Program-made: the position numbers and the translations under genes | Origin: Nemertoderma westbladi | Taxonomy: Eukaryota; Animalia; Xenacoelomorpha | DNA length: 64,000 nucleotides | NCBI GenBank assembly: GCA_032718475.1 | Contig: JAUCBJ010002880.1 | Location: 7,959 to 71,958, forward strand | Reading direction: 5' to 3' | In this document: in pieces, positions 59,842 through 64,000 of the stretch | Position numbering within the stretch: position 1 is the first letter of the stretch | Layout: every line of letters starts with the position of its first letter | The notes under the pieces: generated by a model | The model's input: the letters and a program-made list of their open reading frames with translations, nothing else | Databases searched by the model: none | Told to the model about the DNA's origin: nothing

Positions 59842-62800
59842 TTAAGCCGTGAATCGTACCACCGGTTTGATCTTCCTTGTGCTACGTCGTAGAATAGATT
59901 TCACTTTCGGTTCGACTTCAGTCAATAATGTAGTGGGTGGATATGGGATATTGTTTGTAGGGTTGTTTGGAGGTTCTCGTCTGTCCGGTTGAAATAGAGG
60001 ACGGAGAAACCTTCTGTTTCGGCGATAAACTCGTCCAGATGGGAGTTTGAGTTGATAATCCCGCCTACTTCCCCTTTCCACTACAACGCCGGTCTTTGAC
60101 CAGCGCTTTGTTCCAGGGTTCTGGATAAGCACCTTGGTTCCAGGGTCCAATTTCGGTAAAGCACGTGCGTTTCTGTCATAGTAAAGCTGCGCGGTCTTAG
60201 ATGCACGCCAAGCAACTTCGTCAGCCGTTTTTGCTTCGGTTTGCCAGGTCTTATCGAATGCACGATAATGGAGAGGCAGTTGTGACCGAAGTGGATGGCC
60301 GTACACAATCTGCGCTGGAGAACGACCATCAATACGGGGTGTGTTGCGTAGTTCTAGAATACCCCGAGTAAATATTTCCGAATCAATTCGCCCATCATCC
60401 GCTTTAGCCACTAGACTTTTTACAATTTTTACTGAGACCTCCGCATGGCCATTCGACTGTGGATAATACGGCGTTGAGGGCACCCTAGCAACCCCCCAAC
60501 GTTCTAAAAAGTCTTTAAAAACTTGTGAGTTATACTGTGGGCCATTATCAGTTCGTATACGTACAGGAACGCCGGTTTGAGCGAAATACTGATGCAATTT
60601 TGCAATAACTTGTTGTGCTGTCGGGTCACTATGCCACCGTGTGACAAAGGGAAATCCAGATAATCTGTCTACATATACTAAATATGCATGACCCGCAAAG
60701 TCAAACAAGTCGGATGAAACGGACTCGAAAACTCTCGAGGGTGTCGGGTCCGATAAACATGGTTCTTTCACATTACTCGGGAGTCGGTATTGGCACTTTT
60801 CACAGGATTGAACTAAAATCTCAATTTCATTATTGATTCCTGGCCAATATACAGACTCCCTAGCGCGTCTTTTAGTGCGCTCTATACCTTGATGGGCATC
60901 ATGCAGTTTAGTCAAGATGTCTGCACGGGCTTCTTTAGGAATCACCATGCGACGTCCAAACAGCACAATCCCATCTTCTACACCCAGTTCATTCCACAAT
61001 TTTTTTAACTGCTGAACCAACGGATTTCCAACCACTGTGGGTTCGAAATCGCCGTTAATTGCTGTGATTAAGGCCTGATAATCCTTATCATAACGAGAAA
61101 CATTTCGCAGCTTCTCCAGTAATGGGTCTTTGTACGGTGAATATTTATAACTATCACATATTTCGTTATTAATTTTTTCGGATGCAGCCTGAAAAAGTGC
61201 CGCAATCACATACTTAGTTGCATCTGGGTCTTCGTCATTGTCGGGCGAAGGATCTGATACAGGTGCTCGCGAAAGTGCATCGGGAATGTAATGCTGCTTT
61301 CCCGTTTTCCACTCCACTGTAAAATTGTACCCACTAAGTTTCATTTTGAGATTTTGTAGTCTCATATTATCAATTACATCGAGTGTCTGAGTGTTCATAA
61401 TAGGTAAAAGGGGGCGGTGATCTGTCACCACTGTAAAATGCGGTTGACCATACAAATAAATTCGACATTTCGTAATGGCCCATTGAATAGCTAGGGCTTC
61501 CAACTCAATTACCGCGTACCGCGTTTCACAGTCTTTCAAAAATCTCGACCCACATTGTATTAAATGCCATTCCTGATCAACTTCTCGTTTCTGCAATAAT
61601 GCAAACCCTAAACCTTTGGTTCTGGATGCATCCGTTTCTAATTGTAGTTTTGCGTTTTTATCGAATGGGGCAAGAATGGGTGGGATTGCCAGCGCCTTTT
61701 TAACATTTTCAAATGCTAGTTCGTGATTGGCTGTCCAACTATATGCGTTTTTAACTTTCAAGAGATCGCGTAAAGGACAAGCCATTTCACTTATTTCATT
61801 TGAGAATCGCGCTAGTTGTTGAACTAGGCCCATAAAAGAACGTAGTTCAGTGCGATTGGTGGGAGCAGGAAAGTTAGTTATAGCGCTGATTTTTTCGGGA
61901 TCAGCCTTCGTACCTTCCTGTGATACAATATACCCACCAAATTTAACTTCGCACAGTGCGAAATTAAATTTATTGGGATGAATGGTGATATTATACTGAG
62001 CACAACGTTCTAGAACTTCACAAATACGGCCAACATGGGATTTAAAATCTTTATCTGCAATTACCATGCCGTCTACCAGCTTATGAATATTGTCTATACC
62101 TCTTAGCGCCATATCAGCACGTAGATTATATGAGTCACCCGTACTTATGTAACCCATTGGAGCTCGGTTGAATATAAACCGTCCCCATGGTGTTATGAAA
62201 CAAGTTAAGTCGCGGGCTGCTGGATCCAATAAAACTTGCCAATAAGCAGTTTTTGCGTCCAAAGTTGTAAAATATTTGGATTCTGGGGCGATTTCCGACA
62301 CGACTTCATAGGGTGAATTACTCGGGTGTACTACCCGTTTGACTTGTTTATTTAAATTTGTCAAGTCTACACACACTCTGATACCACCGTCCGGTTTGGG
62401 TGCCACAACTAAAGGGTGGCACCACTCTGTTGGCCGATCTCCCACTGGCTCGATTATACCCTTCTCTACAAGATAATCGAGTTCAGTTTTTACTTCATTT
62501 CGTTTTGCAAAAGGAATTTTTCTCGCCGCATGAATTGCAAAAGGTGTAAAATTTTCTTTCAGTTCAATTTTCATAGGATCACCAATAGTTTTCCCACACA
62601 TTGTTTTTAATTCCGTTTTGCAGTCGAAAACCGAACAGTAAACTGATGACAGTTTTCTGTGTACTTCCCCTTTCTCATTATCAGATGGATTTTCTGGTAA
62701 ATTTAAAATCCAATTTTCCCGTTCTCTCTGTTTGAACACAACTTTAATTTTATCAACTTGTGTTTTAAGTGAACAACTCTGAGAATTTAATTCCTGACCA

Positions 62801-63999
62801 AAATAAATTGGGGGAAGTGGTTTGGGCCAGTTTTCATGGATTAGACGTAATGCTTTGCACACTTTCAATGACAAATATAGTGACGTCACACCTTCACATA
62901 CAGTAATGACATCTCTGATTTCTTGCCCTTCTAGTTTTATTAATAAGGAGAGTTGTCCTATTTGTTTAATAGAATTACCATTTATGTTCAATAAGTTGTC
63001 ACTAGACGGTTCTAGAAAATTGGCTATGTCAATTTTCAACTTATCAGCTAATTGTACTCCACATACAGTACGATCTGAGCCTGTATCTGGGATTGCATCC
63101 ATTTGGCAACAGTGCTGTCCATCATAGGACAAATTCACTTCAACTGCACATCGTTTATTAAAAACGCAAGATGCCACATGGATAGCAGCAGATGTACTGT
63201 CATTACTCACAACTGCTGCGGATTTATTCACTTTAGATGTGCAAACTTGGGCAAAATGGTTTCGTTTTTTACATTTGCTGCACGTTTTACCCTGTGCTGG
63301 GCAGAATTTACCCTGCCCGTGTTTGTCATAGCCACAACGCATACATTTATCGTCGTTAGACTGTTGGTTTCTAGATTGCGATCTTTTTCGGAATTGATAT
63401 CCCTTATTATTACAACGCTGACGTGATCTCGATGTCTCGCTCGTAGCCGCCGCTGAGGAATAATCTGAACTTTCAGATCTCGAGATTTTCATTCTCCTTA
63501 AGTGGCTTCGCGCAGCCTCTTCACTGCGACAGAAGAGTACTGTTTCTTTATGGTCCAGTGCTGGGGACTTCGCGAGGAGATCTTGCCGGATCTCCTCGTC
63601 GTTTATTCCCACTGTAATCAACGTTGATATCCACTCGTCTTCTCGCATCCCGCGAAGACCCGCAGTCTCAGCCATTTCGCACAATCGAGTATAATAATTG
63701 TCGAATGTTTCGCATTCTTGTTGTTTACACGTTGTGAGTTCCCATCTGTCGAGTGCAATATTTTGCCTCCCTTTTAGATAGTTTTCGAATTTGTCGAACA
63801 CTTCCTCAAGGGTTAATACCGTGTTCTGTGGTATCTCGACGACGTACTGCAGTTTAGAAAGTAACGCAGGGCTGCAGTATCCGAAGAATGCGGAGATCTG
63901 TTCGTCTCTTGGCTGAAGTTGTAGTTTTATAATCTTGGCGTAATTACACCATGAAACTCGCCAACGATTAAACCGTTTAATATCGATATCCTGATCGAT
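59842..63999 (-). CDS. Gag-Pol polyprotein, N-terminally partial
   Basis: Frame stays open from 63801 to the window edge. Cys/His knuckles CMRCG..H...CPA / CSKCKKRNHFAQVC, protease DTG, RT, RNase H TDAS, integrase HHCC and D,D,E (SDLF, TDNGPQ, NGHAE). Confidence 0.95.
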   Translation of the reverse strand: MDQDIDIKRFNRWRVSWCNYAKIIKLQLQPRDEQISAFFGYCSPALLSKLQYVVEIPQNTVLTLEEVFDKFENYLKGRQNIALDRWELTTCKQQECETFDNYYTRLCEMAETAGLRGMREDEWISTLITVGINDEEIRQDLLAKSPALDHKETVLFCRSEEAARSHLRRMKISRSESSDYSSAAATSETSRSRQRCNNKGYQFRKRSQSRNQQSNDDKCMRCGYDKHGQGKFCPAQGKTCSKCKKRNHFAQVCTSKVNKSAAVVSNDSTSAAIHVASCVFNKRCAVEVNLSYDGQHCCQMDAIPDTGSDRTVCGVQLADKLKIDIANFLEPSSDNLLNINGNSIKQIGQLSLLIKLEGQEIRDVITVCEGVTSLYLSLKVCKALRLIHENWPKPLPPIYFGQELNSQSCSLKTQVDKIKVVFKQRERENWILNLPENPSDNEKGEVHRKLSSVYCSVFDCKTELKTMCGKTIGDPMKIELKENFTPFAIHAARKIPFAKRNEVKTELDYLVEKGIIEPVGDRPTEWCHPLVVAPKPDGGIRVCVDLTNLNKQVKRVVHPSNSPYEVVSEIAPESKYFTTLDAKTAYWQVLLDPAARDLTCFITPWGRFIFNRAPMGYISTGDSYNLRADMALRGIDNIHKLVDGMVIADKDFKSHVGRICEVLERCAQYNITIHPNKFNFALCEVKFGGYIVSQEGTKADPEKISAITNFPAPTNRTELRSFMGLVQQLARFSNEISEMACPLRDLLKVKNAYSWTANHELAFENVKKALAIPPILAPFDKNAKLQLETDASRTKGLGFALLQKREVDQEWHLIQCGSRFLKDCETRYAVIELEALAIQWAITKCRIYLYGQPHFTVVTDHRPLLPIMNTQTLDVIDNMRLQNLKMKLSGYNFTVEWKTGKQHYIPDALSRAPVSDPSPDNDEDPDATKYVIAALFQAASEKINNEICDSYKYSPYKDPLLEKLRNVSRYDKDYQALITAINGDFEPTVVGNPLVQQLKKLWNELGVEDGIVLFGRRMVIPKEARADILTKLHDAHQGIERTKRRARESVYWPGINNEIEILVQSCEKCQYRLPSNVKEPCLSDPTPSRVFESVSSDLFDFAGHAYLVYVDRLSGFPFVTRWHSDPTAQQVIAKLHQYFAQTGVPVRIRTDNGPQYNSQVFKDFLERWGVARVPSTPYYPQSNGHAEVSVKIVKSLVAKADDGRIDSEIFTRGILELRNTPRIDGRSPAQIVYGHPLRSQLPLHYRAFDKTWQTEAKTADEVAWRASKTAQLYYDRNARALPKLDPGTKVLIQNPGTKRWSKTGVVVERGSRRDYQLKLPSGRVYRRNRRFLRPLFQPDRREPPNNPTNNIPYPPTTLLTEVEPKVKSILRRSTRKIKPVVRFTA

Positions 64000-64000
64000 T

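Larger units (their letters stand above)
59554..64000 (-). mobile_element. Ty3/Gypsy LTR retrotransposon (Mag-like), intronic and antisense; 5' end outside the window
   Basis: Single gag-pol ORF in PR-RT-RH-INT order, polypurine tract and candidate 3' LTR. Confidence 0.95.

Noticed and set aside
60081-63426. Short ORFs overlapping gag-pol, and similar ones overlapping the LINEs
   Set aside because: Antisense or alternative-frame shadows of retroelement ORFs with no recognisable motifs.

Overview
AT-rich eukaryotic (probably invertebrate animal) genomic DNA, not prokaryotic. Bases 1-11.7 kb are nested transposon remnants: a putative non-autonomous DNA transposon, a foldback element, a tRNA-derived SINE, several RTE-type LINE copies and a captured Gypsy RNase H fragment. 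From 12,028 to at least 59,110 lies the 5' part of a + strand DIDO1/PHF3/PPS-family chromatin/transcription gene, which I assembled by hand into 7 in-phase GT-AG exons (1,140 nt, 380 aa: AT-hook, PHD finger, Cys-rich motif, BRK domain). About 37.6 kb of its 47 kb is five tandem arrays (23, 21, 40, 58 and 25/27 bp units). Four arrays start or stop within about 35 nt of a splice site, three share a sequence core, and one is an amplified copy of the exon 4 splice donor that splits the PHD finger. The introns also hold a 5'-truncated CR1/L2-group LINE with a target-site duplication and a Mag-like Ty3/Gypsy element with an open gag-pol ORF whose RT catalytic DD reads DG. The gene and the Gypsy element both continue beyond the window. 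All family assignments come from motif recognition, not database searches.
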